A stretch of DNA of 64,000 bases from Octopus bimaculoides (taxonomy: Eukaryota). The stretch covers positions 21,390,266 through 21,454,265 of the forward strand of contig NC_068985.1 in NCBI RefSeq assembly GCF_001194135.2, read 5' to 3'. Under the pieces are notes generated by a model. That model was not told the origin of the DNA, ran no database searches, and saw only the letters and a program-made list of their open reading frames with translations. Of this stretch, positions 25,230 through 37,350 are shown piece by piece; position 1 is the first letter of the stretch, and each line of letters starts with the position of its first letter. A program made the translations under genes and the position numbers.

Positions 25230-26130
25230 AGTTTTTATATACACACTTGTATTGGCAATGAAGTTGTCCAAGAAAATGTCCAAAGTGTTTTCATTGTACA
25301 AGTTTTCATGTACATGCATAACAGTACAGTGTGTCAGATGGTGTTGTGTCATTGTTGTACATCATCAGGTCTTCAAACAGCAAAGTTTGCTGAACTTTCT
25401 CTCGCTTGATGCAACAGACACAGACTTGTAACATGATGACATTCTTATCACAAAGTTTTGTCCAGAGCGCTTTCAGAAGAATAGTGCACTGGTGAACAAA
25501 GTTCAATGCATCAGTGTCCATGGCCATCGTAGATCCAACTTCTTGGAGGACAAGGTCTAGAGAATGGTTTCTGCAGTGTGCAGAATATGTACCAGGAAAC
25601 ATAGATCCAACTTCTTGGAGGACAAGGTCTAGAGAATGGTTTCTGCAGTGTGCAGAATATGTACCAGGAAACGTCTTTTAATCTCATTTGTATGCCTGAA
25701 ATGTTTCTGCTCATAGTACATGCACCATCAAAAGCAAAAACAGCATAATTTTGATCCCAGAGAAATATTTAGACGACAAAAAATATCCAGAATAACCTTA
25801 ATCAATGTCTCCAAAGTGTAGACAGGAGGGTCATAAAAGCTAAGAACATCTTCATGGACATCCAGGTCTTCAGAAACATAACGGACAATGATTGATTCTT
25901 GTTCCATGCCAGAGCAATCACATATAACATCAATAAACATGGAATCTTCAACTTCTTTTTCTGATCCCATTGCTGGATGCTATGAGCATATACCTCTAGA
26001 ATTTCATTTTGTTTGGTATCAGATAGGAAATTAACTTGTCATTTAAGCTACTGACTTATTTCTGCAGTATATTCTTTGGCAACTTCTTTTAAGAGATTTA
26101 CAAAGTTTCCTGTGACACATGTTAACTTTC
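25230..26130 (-). mobile_element. Decayed hAT (ZMYM1-like) transposase
   Basis: GNFVNLLKEVAKEY..QNEILEVYAHSIQ; EQESIIVRYVSEDLDVHEDVLSFY..LDIFCRLNISL..FDGACTMSRNISGIQMRLK; HCRNHSLDLVLQE. Confidence 0.8.
25530..25672. repeat. 72-bp-period exact tandem duplication inside the hAT remnant
   Basis: TAGATCCAACTTCTTGG...ACCAGGAAAC at 25530 and 25602. Confidence 0.95.
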
Positions 26131-26157
26131 CCTTCAAAGATGGAACAAGTAACTTCT

Positions 26158-26350
26158 TTTATCTTTTACTAAGGATATTCCTTGATCCTTCAATGATGGA
26201 ACTGCAAACTGCTATTATCTTTCACTAAGGATTTCCTTAATTCCCTGATCATGAAAGTGCTAACCACTATTATCTTTCACTAAGTATATTCTTTAATTCT
26301 TCAATGAACTGGTAACTACTAATATCCTTTATTAAAGATATTCCTTAATC
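26158..26350. repeat. Degenerate ~55-60 bp tandem repeat (3-4 units)
   Basis: Recurring TTATCTTT(T/C)ACTAAG(G/T)AT..TTCCTT(G/A)AT. Confidence 0.7.
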
Positions 26351-26456
26351 CATTTTTCCTAAGACACAATAGTTGGCTTACATGGAAATCTTTACTCAAT
26401 GACATATGATCCACATGCTCAGCTATTCTAGAGACAACTGTAAGAAACTTTACATC

Positions 26457-26800
26457 ATCATCATTGTCGCTTAACGACTGCTTTCCATGCTGGCATGGGT
26501 TGGACGGTTTGACTGAGGGCTGGCAAGCCAGAAGGCTGCACCAGGCTCCAATCTGATTTGGCAAAGTTTCTACAGCTGGATGCCCTTCCTAATGCCAACC
26601 ACTCCAAGAGTGTAGTGAGTGCTTTTTACGAGGTCCAGTCAGGTGGTATTGGCATCGACCATGCCTGAATGGTGCTTTCTACATGCCACCGGCACATGCT
26701 ACCAGCACGGAAGCCAGTCAGGCATCTTTGACAGTGACCATGCTCAAATGGTGCTTTTTACATGCCACTGGCTAGGGAGCCAGTCAGGCGGCACTGGCAT
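26457..26800 (-). mobile_element. SINE family C, inverted copy
   Basis: (CAT)n on the left, then TTAACGACTGCTTTCCATGCTGGCATGGGTTGGACGG. Older relatives at ~6950-7205, 14490-14800, 32560-32850, 38145-38310, 48700-48885, 52720-52905, 55845-56040, 59065-59255. Confidence 0.8.
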
Positions 26801-27034
26801 TATGTATTATTTATTAATTCCTTATTTACTATAACTTCTCTGCAATTATGTTTGAATTATAAATCACATGTTCTAAAGTGATACCACATGTTTCACTTGT
26901 TCAGTTCTCTTTCTAATATATAATATATACCAGCTCAATGATGAACTACTTTATATCCATGTTTGATGGGCAACTTCAACAACACCATTGTTTCGGCCTG
27001 GACAATGGATGCTAAATGATGATGATGATAATGA

Positions 27035-27114
<80 letters not shown>

Positions 27115-28094
27115 NNNNNNNNNNNNNNNNNNNNNNNNNNNNNNNNNNNNNNNNNNNNNNNNNNNNNNNNNNNNNNNNNNNNNNNNNNNNNNNNNNNNNN
27201 NNNNNNNNNNNNNNNNNNNNNNNNNNNNNNNNNNNNNNNNNNNNNNNNNNNNNNNNNNNNNNNNNNNNNNNNNNNNNNNNNNNNNNNNNNNNNNNNNNNN
27301 NNNNNNNNNNNNNNNNNNNNNNNNNNNNNNNNNNNNNNNNNNNNNNNNNNNNNNNNNNNNNNNNNNNNNNNNNNNNNNNNNNNNNNNNNNNNNNNNNNNN
27401 NNNNNNNNNNNNNNNNNNNNNNNNNNNNNNNNNNNNNNNNNNNNNNNNNNNNNNNNNNNNNNNNNNNNNNNNNNNNNNNNNNNNNNNNNNNNNNNNNNNN
27501 NNNNNNNNNNNNNNNNNNNNNNNNNNNNNNNNNNNNNNNNNNNNNNNNNNNNNNNNNNNNNNNNNNNNNNNNNNNNNNNNNNNNNNNNNNNNNNNNNNNN
27601 NNNNNNNNNNNNNNNNNNNNNNNNNNNNNNNNNNNNNNNNNNNNNNNNNNNNNNNNNNNNNNNNNNNNNNNNNNNNNNNNNNNNNNNNNNNNNNNNNNNN
27701 NNNNNNNNNNNNNNNNNNNNNNNNNNNNNNNNNNNNNNNNNNNNNNNNNNNNNNNNNNNNNNNNNNNNNNNNNNNNNNNNNNNNNNNNNNNNNNNNNNNN
27801 NNNNNNNNNNNNNNNNNNNNNNNNNNNNNNNNNNNNNNNNNNNNNNNNNNNNNNNNNNNNNNNNNNNNNNNNNNNNNNNNNNNNNNNNNNNNNNNNNNNN
27901 NNNNNNNNNNNNNNNNNNNNNNNNNNNNNNNNNNNNNNNNNNNNNNNNNNNNNNNNNNNNNNNNNNNNNNNNNNNNNNNNNNNNNNNNNNNNNNNNNNNN
28001 NNNNNNNNNNNNNNNNNNNNNNNNNNNNNNNNNNNNNNNNNNNNNNNNNNNNNNNNNNNNNNNNNNNNNNNNNNNNNNNNNNNNNNNNNNNNNN

Positions 28095-28138
<44 letters not shown>

Positions 28139-28574
28139 TGTATATGTGTAAATGTATGGGTGTCATATTGAAAACATGACTATTCAAGTTTATTTTTATT
28201 ATTATTAGTATTTCTTTATTAGTCCATTACATTTAGTTTGGAACAACAAAGTTGTTAAGTCCATTAACATTTTTAGACCTCAATTTTATTTTCTGAATAA
28301 AACAGTTGTTTTTTTGTAAGATTTGTATTGTTCTGTTTTTTCTTGTTTTTTTTTGTTTGTTTGTTTGTTTTATTTTGTTTTTGTTATTGCCATCTTTCTA
28401 TAATGAATCACATGAATGATGTTGCTGATGATGTCATCTTGGACAAATTGAAAGTTTTGACTGTTGCTTTCAAAAACATTATAATTTATTTCAACAATTC
28501 ACCAACTGCTCTCAGGAAGTTATCATTATTTATGTTAATTTTTAGTTTTAACTGGATATCAATAGAACTTGTAT

Positions 28575-28960
28575 AGGTGCAGGAGTGGCTATGTGGTAAG
28601 TAGCTTGCTTACCAACCACATGGTTCCGGGTTCAGTCCCACTGCATGGCATCTTGGGCAAGTGTCTTCTACTATAGCCTCGGGCCGACCAAAGCTTTGTG
28701 AGTGGATTTGGTAGACGGAAACTGAAAGAAGCCCATTGTATATGTGTGTTTGTGTGTCTGTGTTTGTCCCCCTAGCATTGCTTGACAACCAATGCTGGTG
28801 TGTTTACGTCCCCGTAACTTAGCGGTTCAGCAAAAGAGACCGATAGAATAAGTACTAGGCTTACAAAGAATAAGTCCTGGGGTCGATTTGCTCGACTAAA
28901 GGCAGTGCTCCAGCATGGCCACAGTCAAATGACTGAAACAAGTAAAAGAGTAAAAGAGTA
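28575..28960 (+). mobile_element. SINE family A, full length
   Basis: Colinear with 2895-3294. Confidence 0.9.
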
Positions 28961-29963
28961 ATAGAGCTCTTTTAATATATGTATAAATAATCTCGATATT
29001 TTATGGAATTCTCTACAAAATGGCTGTGTTATGAAATAGCATATGCTTACGTAATGTGGTGCATGGTTTCTCATTCTAAATGCATGATCAAGTAGAAAGA
29101 AAGTACGTCCAAAGTAACTGAGAGATTCATGGAGTAATATCACATTAAATCAAAAACAGCACAGCAACCATGACTTTCAGGAGCATTTTTCACACTCAGG
29201 ACTGTCAAAGTATGAAATAAACCAGCCATGTCAATTGTTAACAGTTATTATACTGCATCTTTCAAAAATTTCATGCTTTCTGAAATTCACCAACGCAGCT
29301 CCTGGCTAATACTCAGAGGCGGGGCTTATATTTGTCACTATGACAACCATTGATTAGAGTACAATATTAAGCTGGAAATCCAAAACAGTTGTACACAAAC
29401 TAGCTTCTTAAATGAGTTGCTGGAATACAACAATTAGACAGTTATCTATAATGCCAATTATTATTATTTCATGTCTGTGTCAAATTTTTTCATATTTTAT
29501 TTTTATAGATCTTTGTCATATCAGAACTCATCTAAACACTAAGAAGAATCCAGTGATAGCTAAATCAGTTCTTGACTTATCATTTCATAATTATATGTAA
29601 AGAATTCTACATTTTTATCTCTATTTGACGCAGGTGCCTCTAGCTAAACTAAATCTAATACAGAATTAATTAAGATATATTCACTCATCCAAGTGAACTC
29701 AAAACTTTTTGACAAATTTTCTGCTGGTTCCATCATTATATCAGGCATTAGCAAAATATTTGTCAGTCTTTCCATTCTATATATTCAATAATAGAGCAAA
29801 GACAGAATTGAAAAAAAAAAAAGTGAAAAAAGAAAACGGTGGAGAAAAATTGGAATACAGATAAAGATTGTCTGGTGTACCAAAGAGACAAACATTTTCA
29901 CCTAGTAAAATTGCTTCTGTTTCTCTTACATTGAAAGTTTCTGATTGGACCAACCTGTTAGTG

Positions 29964-30260
29964 CAGGTGTTTTCAAACTGTGGTCCGCAGACCACAGGAG
30001 GTCTGCAAGGACAAGACAGGGGGTCCGTGGACAGCAAATACTTTTTATGGGCAATTTGATTTTATATATGTTTTTTAATCGAAATCTTTTAATTGACAAT
30101 AAACCTATTTGTTAAATACTGTTAAATAAATAAATGTAAAAATATATGTTATTTTAAGCAAATATTTATGTATAAATTTCATAAGCATTTATAAGGGGGT
30201 CCCTAAGGTAAAGCCTGAAATATAAAGGGGTCCGCAAGTCAAAAAGTTTGAAAACCCCTG
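29964..30260. mobile_element. hAT-type MITE, 297 bp, with perfect 8-bp TSD
   Basis: TIRs CAGGTGTTTTCAAACT / AGTTTGAAAACCCCTG (1 mismatch in 16); TSD TGTTAGTG at 29956-29963 and 30261-30268. Confidence 0.92.
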
Positions 30261-31575
30261 TGTTAGTGTATTAATAGATCTTCTCTAACTACTCTATTGC
30301 TTTGAGTGAGCATTTAACTCATGCAGTCATCTGTCCTTGCATCAACAATTTTCTTAACGTTGATTCTAATCACAAACACTCCTATGGATATCTTCTTCCA
30401 CTACTTGACAGCCTTTTCCATCTGTCATCTATGAAATCACATGAACCACATATTCTAATGATGATGTGATTCACCATCATCACAACACATATCAGCTGAA
30501 TACAACACTCCTTCTCTACTCAACAACAAACCTCTAAAACCATCAGTATTTGAATACTAAAATTAACAGTTTCTATTCACTGCGAAGTTGTTGATCAATC
30601 AACAGCTATTGCTTGTAAACGGGATAGAAATGCTAAATGCATTCTTTAGCATGCTACTCATGTATTGAAGATGTTAAAACAACTAGAGATAAATATTTCT
30701 TCTTACTTAAAAAAATATGAGGACGAAAAGGGGGAAATAAATTGCTATGCTTAATGAAATTACAACAATTTTAAACTTCTTCAACACCATAGCAAACAAA
30801 ACAGAATCTTATGGAGGCAAACTTTGTTTTATTTTCTCGTTAATAAAGAAAGGGCAAGATCAAAATTTTCATTAATATTTGAAGTGTGTGGGTAGCCGGT
30901 ATTTGTCAATTTGAGAACCTTTAATAGTAAATTACAATATTACAATATCAAACTGTAAACCCAAAACATTTGTACACAAGCTTATTTCTTAAATGAATCA
31001 CTGGAATATGATAATTAGATAGTCATTTTTTATGTCATCTCTAATAGGTTCATCTAACTGATTAGAAAGCCTTCACTAGCAACCTCAATGCCTAACACAT
31101 TAATACGCTCTATCTATCCTTTGTTTCTTCTATTACTACAACAATGACATCTCCATTCAACAACTTGTGAGCCATTTATGAACACCACTAGATTCTATTA
31201 TCTCTCCTCCATTTGTTTCTCTCACTGTATTTCATTTCTAAAATCTCTTTTTAAACACTTCCTCTAATCCATTATCCTCAGGACTGCAACCCTATGAAGC
31301 TCCTACTCTGTCCATGTTTCCTACAATCATCAAACTACATCAGTTCTATTTGACTATCAACTGTCTTTAGCAACAGCAGCCTGAGAAACCTTGTAGAGTT
31401 TATGGGTAGGGCCTCCCATTCCTAGACTAAAATATAAAACTTAATATTAATCTGGTATATACAATTGAAGCAGTATTAAATCTAAATAGTTATCTATGTA
31501 TCATATGTTACATATATACTTTGTAAAAAGGCAAGGTCATATACAACACAGTAAATTTCCTTTCAACGACATATA

Positions 31576-32460
31576 CAGGGGTTGGACAAAATAATGGAAA
31601 CACCTTAAAATTTCAAACAAATTTATTTTAATATGAGGTAGGACCACCTTTAGCAGTAATTACAGCTTGAATTCTACGAGGTATGAACTTGTACAAAGTT
31701 TAAATTGTTTCCAAAGGAATTTTTGTCCATTCTTCAGCTAAAACAGTCTCCAGTTCTTGTAGTGATGATGATGGAGGATATCGACTCCTTACTTGTTTTT
31801 CTAAAAGGCACCATAAATGTTCAATAATATTGAGATCTAGGGATTGTGGTGGCCAGATAAGATGTTCAACTCCACTAGAATGTTCCTCGTACCATTCAGT
31901 TACAACTTTAGCTGTGTGAANNNNNNNNNNNNNNNNNNNNNNNNNNNNNNNNNNNNNNNNNNNNNNNNNNNNNNNNNNNNNNNNNNNNNNNNNNNNNNNN
32001 NNNNNNNNNNNNNNNNNNNNNNNNNNNNNNNNNNNNNNNNNNNNNNNNNNNNNNNNNNNNNNNNNNNNNNNNNNNNNNNNNNNNNNNNNNNNNNNNNNNN
32101 NNNNNNNNNNNNNNNNNNNNNNNNNNNNNNNNNNNNNNNNNNNNNNNNNNNNNNNNNNNNNNNNNNNNNNNNNNNNNNNNNNNNNNNNNNNNNNNNNNNN
32201 NNNNNNNNNNNNNNNNNNNNNNNNNNNNNNNNNNNNNNNNNACACGTATACTCGGCCGGTGGCTCCCGGCAAGCAGTTTTTGTGGACACTGGGTTCTTGA
32301 GGTGGTAATTAAGCTCTGCAGTAATTTTGGGAGCTGTACTTTTGTGATCCTTTCTAACAATTCTCATAAGAGTCCAACGGTCCCTATCTGAAAGTTTTGG
32401 TTTTCTTCCAGAGTTTTGTTTTGACAAGGAGCTTTTTCCCTCTTTCTCAAAGCTGTGTAA
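31576..32460 (-). mobile_element. Tc1-family (DD34E) transposon, truncated, gap inside
   Basis: TA + CAGGGGTTGGACAAAATAATGGAAACACC end at 31574; SGRKPKLSDRD..KITAELN; WPPQSLDLNIIEHLW..EEWTKIP..RRIQAVITAKGGPTSY*. Confidence 0.88.
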
Positions 32461-33029
32461 AAAAAAATGCTGATCTCTAACTGTGGAGGGAATCTGTGGA
32501 AGAGGTAGACCCAGGAAGACATGGGGCAAGGTAGTGAAGTATGATCTTCAAGTGTTGAGCCTCACGGAGGCAATGATAAGTGATCAAAATCTTTGGCGAT
32601 TTGCTGTGCTTGAGAAGACACGTCAAGCCAAGTGAAATCATAGTCATGGCCATTGCCAGTGACACATAGAAGTCACCTGAGCCAGTGACACATAAAAGGC
32701 ACGTACTACACACTTGGATTAGGAGGGCATCCAGCCGTAGAAACCAAGTCAAACCAGAATGGAGCCTGGTACAGCTCTCTGACTTACCAGTTCCAGTCAA
32801 ACTGTCTAATTCATGCCAGCATGGAGAACAGATGCTAAATGATGATGATATAAATGGACTTCTATACAGTTTTCCATCAGCCAAAAATCACAAGGTACAA
32901 GTAATTCTGAGACTAAAACAGAAGAACACTTGACCAATGTGCCACACAGTAGGACTGGATTTGGACTCACATTCTTTTAAAGCAAACTTCTTAACAATTC
33001 AATCACACAGTTACGGTGATTGTATCTAA

Positions 33030-33440
33030 ATGCCTGAACCATGGCATTTCGTCTTGTCTTTACGTTCTGAGTTCAAATTCTGCCAAGGTCAACTTTACCT
33101 TTCATCCTTTAGGGGTTGATAAATGAAGTACCATTTGCGTACTGGTGTCGATCTAATCGACCGCCCCCCCCCCCACTCAAAAAAAAATTTGGGGCCTTGT
33201 GCCTAGAGTAGGAAAAAAAAAATTTCTTTAAATGTTAAAGCAGCAAACTAGCAGAATCTTTTCCACATGGGGAAAAAGTGCTTAGACTTTATGGTTCTGA
33301 GTTCAAATGTCACCAGGGTTGACTTTGCCTTTCATTATTTTGGGGTCAATAAAATAAGTACCAGTTAAGTACTGGGGTTGATGTAATTGACTCCTCCTCC
33401 TCTGAAATTGCTGGCGTTGTGCCAAAATTTGAAACCTGTA
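33030..33440 (+). mobile_element. Two tandem SINE family B copies
   Basis: Core repeated at ~33065 and ~33295. Further copies at ~19040-19158(-), 34968-35130, 39783-39955, 59480-59617(-), 62355-62560. Confidence 0.75.
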
Positions 33441-34169
33441 TTTCTTTAAATGTTAATATTCTGTTGATATTTTTCTAAATGGTAATGTAGTAAACAAAGA
33501 TGAAGTAATGAAAATACAAAAAACATTGTGAGGAACTAAGTCCAAGAATTTTTTTTTTCTCTGCTAGATTTCCAATAAACATGTTTCTCATTGAACATGG
33601 GTGAGAGAAAGAAAGAGGGTCACAAAAATAGATATTTCACAAACATGAAAAAATAGATGAGAAACTCATTGTCAATTTAATATCAGCAGGAGGGTCATCA
33701 TGACCTAGTTCGCCTATCAGAAAAGCAATTCATTTCATTTACAAAGTTGATGTTACCCAATCTCATTCTCCTTTCATACAACATTGATCATTACACTTCT
33801 ATTCCCACTTGTTTACTGGAAGTAAACAATGCTTTATTCCCTATCCCTTAGAATGCCAAATAATAGGATAGACATGTAAGTGCATGATGGCAGTCTTTAT
33901 TGATATTGAGGTAATGTTCATTATTTCTATTAATGCATGCAGACAATCCTATTGAGAGGAATGACAGTCAAAACATTTTATGGGTTTTTTATTTTTGCTT
34001 TGCTTTGCTTTTTGTAAATATTTTGGCACTCAAACTAAGTAATTATGAGGATTATACTGAAAATGATGGATAATTGGGCATATAACTTTTTATTAACTAA
34101 CATAAGTCATTCAATTGCACACATTAGCAGAGTAACTCTTCGTCTGTTGTAGCTCTTCTTCTGTTCTTC

Positions 34170-34925
34170 TGCATTGCAGGCAAATAATAGGTTCCATGCA
34201 AATGCAATATGCTATCATTGAGTTTTCAATAAAGGTGGAGGCGCAGGTTGTCTGACACACACAGAAGGCTACACATTGTTTACAGGGCTGATACAGTTGG
34301 CAAGAGTAATGTGCACAGATGGATGAAGTTTGAAGAAAGGGAAACTAGCATTGAAGACAAACCATGCAGTGGGAGAGCATTGATTGTCATCTCTGACATG
34401 AATCACCAGCAAATGGATGAAGTGACTCACACAGGCAGATGAGTCACAATCCATGGGTTTGCTGCACAACTGGACACTGATCACAAAGAATTATAAAAAA
34501 TGGCTTTGGGTAATGGAAAGTGTGTGTGTGTGTGTGTGTAATGTTGGTATCTCAGCAGATGACAACCAATTTGAAAATGAGAAAGGTGAAAGTCTGCTCT
34601 GATCTGCTGGAAGTATTTGAAGCCAATGGAGACACATACTTTTGTTTATATATATTTTTTTATTATCCAGTGACAGCTGATGAAATATAGGCATATCCTT
34701 AAAATCTGAAAATGAAGGTTCAATCCATGGAAAGGTATCACACCTCTTCACCAAGACCTAGGATTCTCAAAAGCCAGCAACTGACACAGAAATTCATGGT
34801 AACTGTTTTTTAGATGACAAAGGCATCATTGTCTTTGATTCTTCTGGAACATGGTTATATCATGAATGCTCAGTAGTATATTAAGACACTCAAAAGGTTT
34901 AGAGAAGCAATTAGGAGGAAGAGAC
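34170..34925 (+). mobile_element. Decayed mariner transposase
   Basis: HRRLHIVY..VHRWMKFEERETSIEDKPCSGR; VTADE; KVQSMER..SSPRP..KFMVTVF..KGII; YIKTLKRFREAIRRKR. Confidence 0.78.
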
Positions 34926-35141
34926 AGAACAAGAATCTGAAGTGTTTTAATATTAGAAATTGAGTTAAAGCAGCAAGCTTACAGAACTGTTGTCAACCAG
35001 GCAAAATGCTTAGTAGCATTTCATCCTTTTGGGGTCAATAGAATAAGTACAATCTGTGCACTGGGGTCAATATAATTGACTTACCCCCTCTCCTAAAATT
35101 GTTGGCCTTGTGCCAAAACTTTTAACCAATATTAGTAATTG

Positions 35142-35174
<33 letters not shown>

Positions 35175-35241
35175 ACATAAAAAGAATTCCATATTTTGCT
35201 AATTATTTCAAATGTCTATGTAGTGTAATCATGAGCAGACA

Positions 35242-35434
35242 TACAAAGAGGTACTGGAAAGTTCCTGACATTAAAGGTACCATGAAAGGCCTGACTGGAG
35301 GCCCAACCTTCTGAGTTCTTTTACAGGGTCTTACAAAAACTGAAGGACTACTGCGATAAGTATGTGAATCTGAGAGGGGGATATGTTGTATTTTCTTATA
35401 CCCAAAGCTAGAAACTTTACAGCATCCCCTTGTA
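35242..35434. mobile_element. Mariner-derived MITE
   Basis: Imperfect TIRs TACAAAGAGGTACTGGAAAGTT / AACTTTACAGCATCCCCTTGTA; internal CDKYVNLRGGYV resembles a mariner C-terminus. Confidence 0.6.
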
Positions 35435-35820
35435 GATGCTTTCTGGTCACTATTAGAGCTGGACGGAGAGAGAAATGTGTACCTACATGAACTTACAATT
35501 GTGAGCAAAATATCCTAACCAATAAGCCATATCCCTTCACACACAAGATATACCACATGTCTAATCCTCCAGCTTTTTGTTTTCATATTTGTTTTAGCAG
35601 CAATCTCTATCTCTCTCATACATCTGTTTCTGTCCTCCTATCTTCCTGTCTTTAATCAGTTGTCTCTCTCTTTCTCTTCCCCTTCTACTGCCCCCCCTCT
35701 ATTTCCCACTCAACAGTTCCTTCTGGTCATCTACATTCAGGAAACTCAATTCAATTTGCACGCACACTTAACAAATACATTGACACGTGCTTATGTCTAC
35801 ACTCACACTTACTAAACCCT

Positions 35821-35868
<48 letters not shown>

Positions 35869-36314
35869 GAGGTGAAGATAAACACAGACAAAACATCTGT
35901 GCAATTCTTAAAACAAGATAAATTCATTCAATGCTCCATCAAAGATTACTGACCTTAGATTGAATAACAGCTAAAACAGCCACAAATGTATAAAACAGCC
36001 TCTGTGTCATTGCTTGATTAACTAAAAATAGCACCTAAATCTCCATCAAAATTATACTCTCTCTTAAAAGAAGAAGAACATTGGTGAATGTAGTCCCTAA
36101 TATAGAAGACAGGAATGCTTTTTATCACAGATTGCTCAATCAGAGTTAAATATCTAAAAGAGGCTTTACATGAGAGACTGACTTGGTTGAGACAGTCACT
36201 AGTGCTCTTCAAACCACACCCAAATGGCTTCATCCTGGAGGAACACATTAGAGAATAGGAAACATCATTATAACGCACACACTGTGGGAGTGAGAGTTGT
36301 GTAATATATTCACA

Positions 36315-36530
36315 GATATTCATCGTCATTGTTTTAATGCCTACTTTTCCAAGCTTGCATGGGTCAGACAGAGTTTGTTGAGGCAGATTTTCTACAGCTT
36401 GATGCCTTTCCTGTTGCCAATCCTCACCTGTTTCCAAGTAAGATAATATTTCCCCATGGCCAGACATGTTTTCACAGCAGACTGGAAATAAATGACACTG
36501 CTTGTATGACAGTACAATGCCAAGATAAAG
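36315..36530 (-). mobile_element. SINE-like repeat family D (tail related to family C)
   Basis: Homologous to 22870-23075(+), 20330-20565(+) and 58560-58775(+). Confidence 0.7.
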
Positions 36531-36539
36531 TGACACATG

Positions 36540-36575
<36 letters not shown>

Positions 36576-36994
36576 TATGATGGGCCTTCAGTTTCTGTCA
36601 ACCAAATCACACACAACAAGTTTCTTTCAGTTTCCATCGACCAAATTCACTTGCAAGTCAGCCTGTGCTATAACAGGTGTCATGCTGTGGGATTGAACCT
36701 GGAATCATGTGGTTGAGAAACAAACTTCTTCACATAGCTATGCCTGAGCAACAGTTATCATTATCCAAAGTATGGGTCTTAAACTATTTAAAAGGAACTA
36801 ACGATATCTGGAACACTGATTCTAAACAGAGAGTTTTTATTGAACTTTCTAAGTGAACCACAACACTCATCATAATCACTATGGAAATCAAAAGAAAATT
36901 GCCACAAGCTAGAGGAACTAGTTGTATGGTAATGGTAGAATATGTTGTTGCAAGAAGCACAGATATTGTGTGTTAAGTCATGTTAGTGTGTATT

Positions 36995-37350
36995 CTTTTA
37001 CGTTTTAGACATTTGACTGCAGCCATGCTGGAACACTGCCTTTAGTTGAACAAATCAACCCCAGGACTTATTCTTTGTAAGCCTAGTACTTATTCTATTG
37101 CCAAGTTAAGGGGATGTAAACACACCAACATCGGTTGTCAAGCAATGGGAGACAAACACAGACACACACACATATATATATATATCTGTATGTGTACACG
37201 ATGGGCTTCTTTCAGTTTCCATCTACCAAATCCACTCACAAGGCTTTGATCAGCCCGAGGCTATAGTAGAAGACACTCGACTAAGGGAACTGAACCTGGA
37301 ACCATGTGGTTGGGAAGCAAGCCTCTCACCACACAGCCACGCCTGCACCT
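36995..37350 (-). mobile_element. SINE family A, inverted copy
   Basis: Reverse complement of family A head and tail, with an internal deletion. Confidence 0.8.

Noticed and set aside
24957-25431. ORFs with poly-Ile, CV or HT repeats
   Set aside because: Translations of (AAT)n and (GT)n microsatellites.
25530-26350. Short direct repeats as a possible CRISPR array
   Set aside because: Head-to-tail duplications with no unique spacers, inside a eukaryotic hAT relic, with no cas genes.
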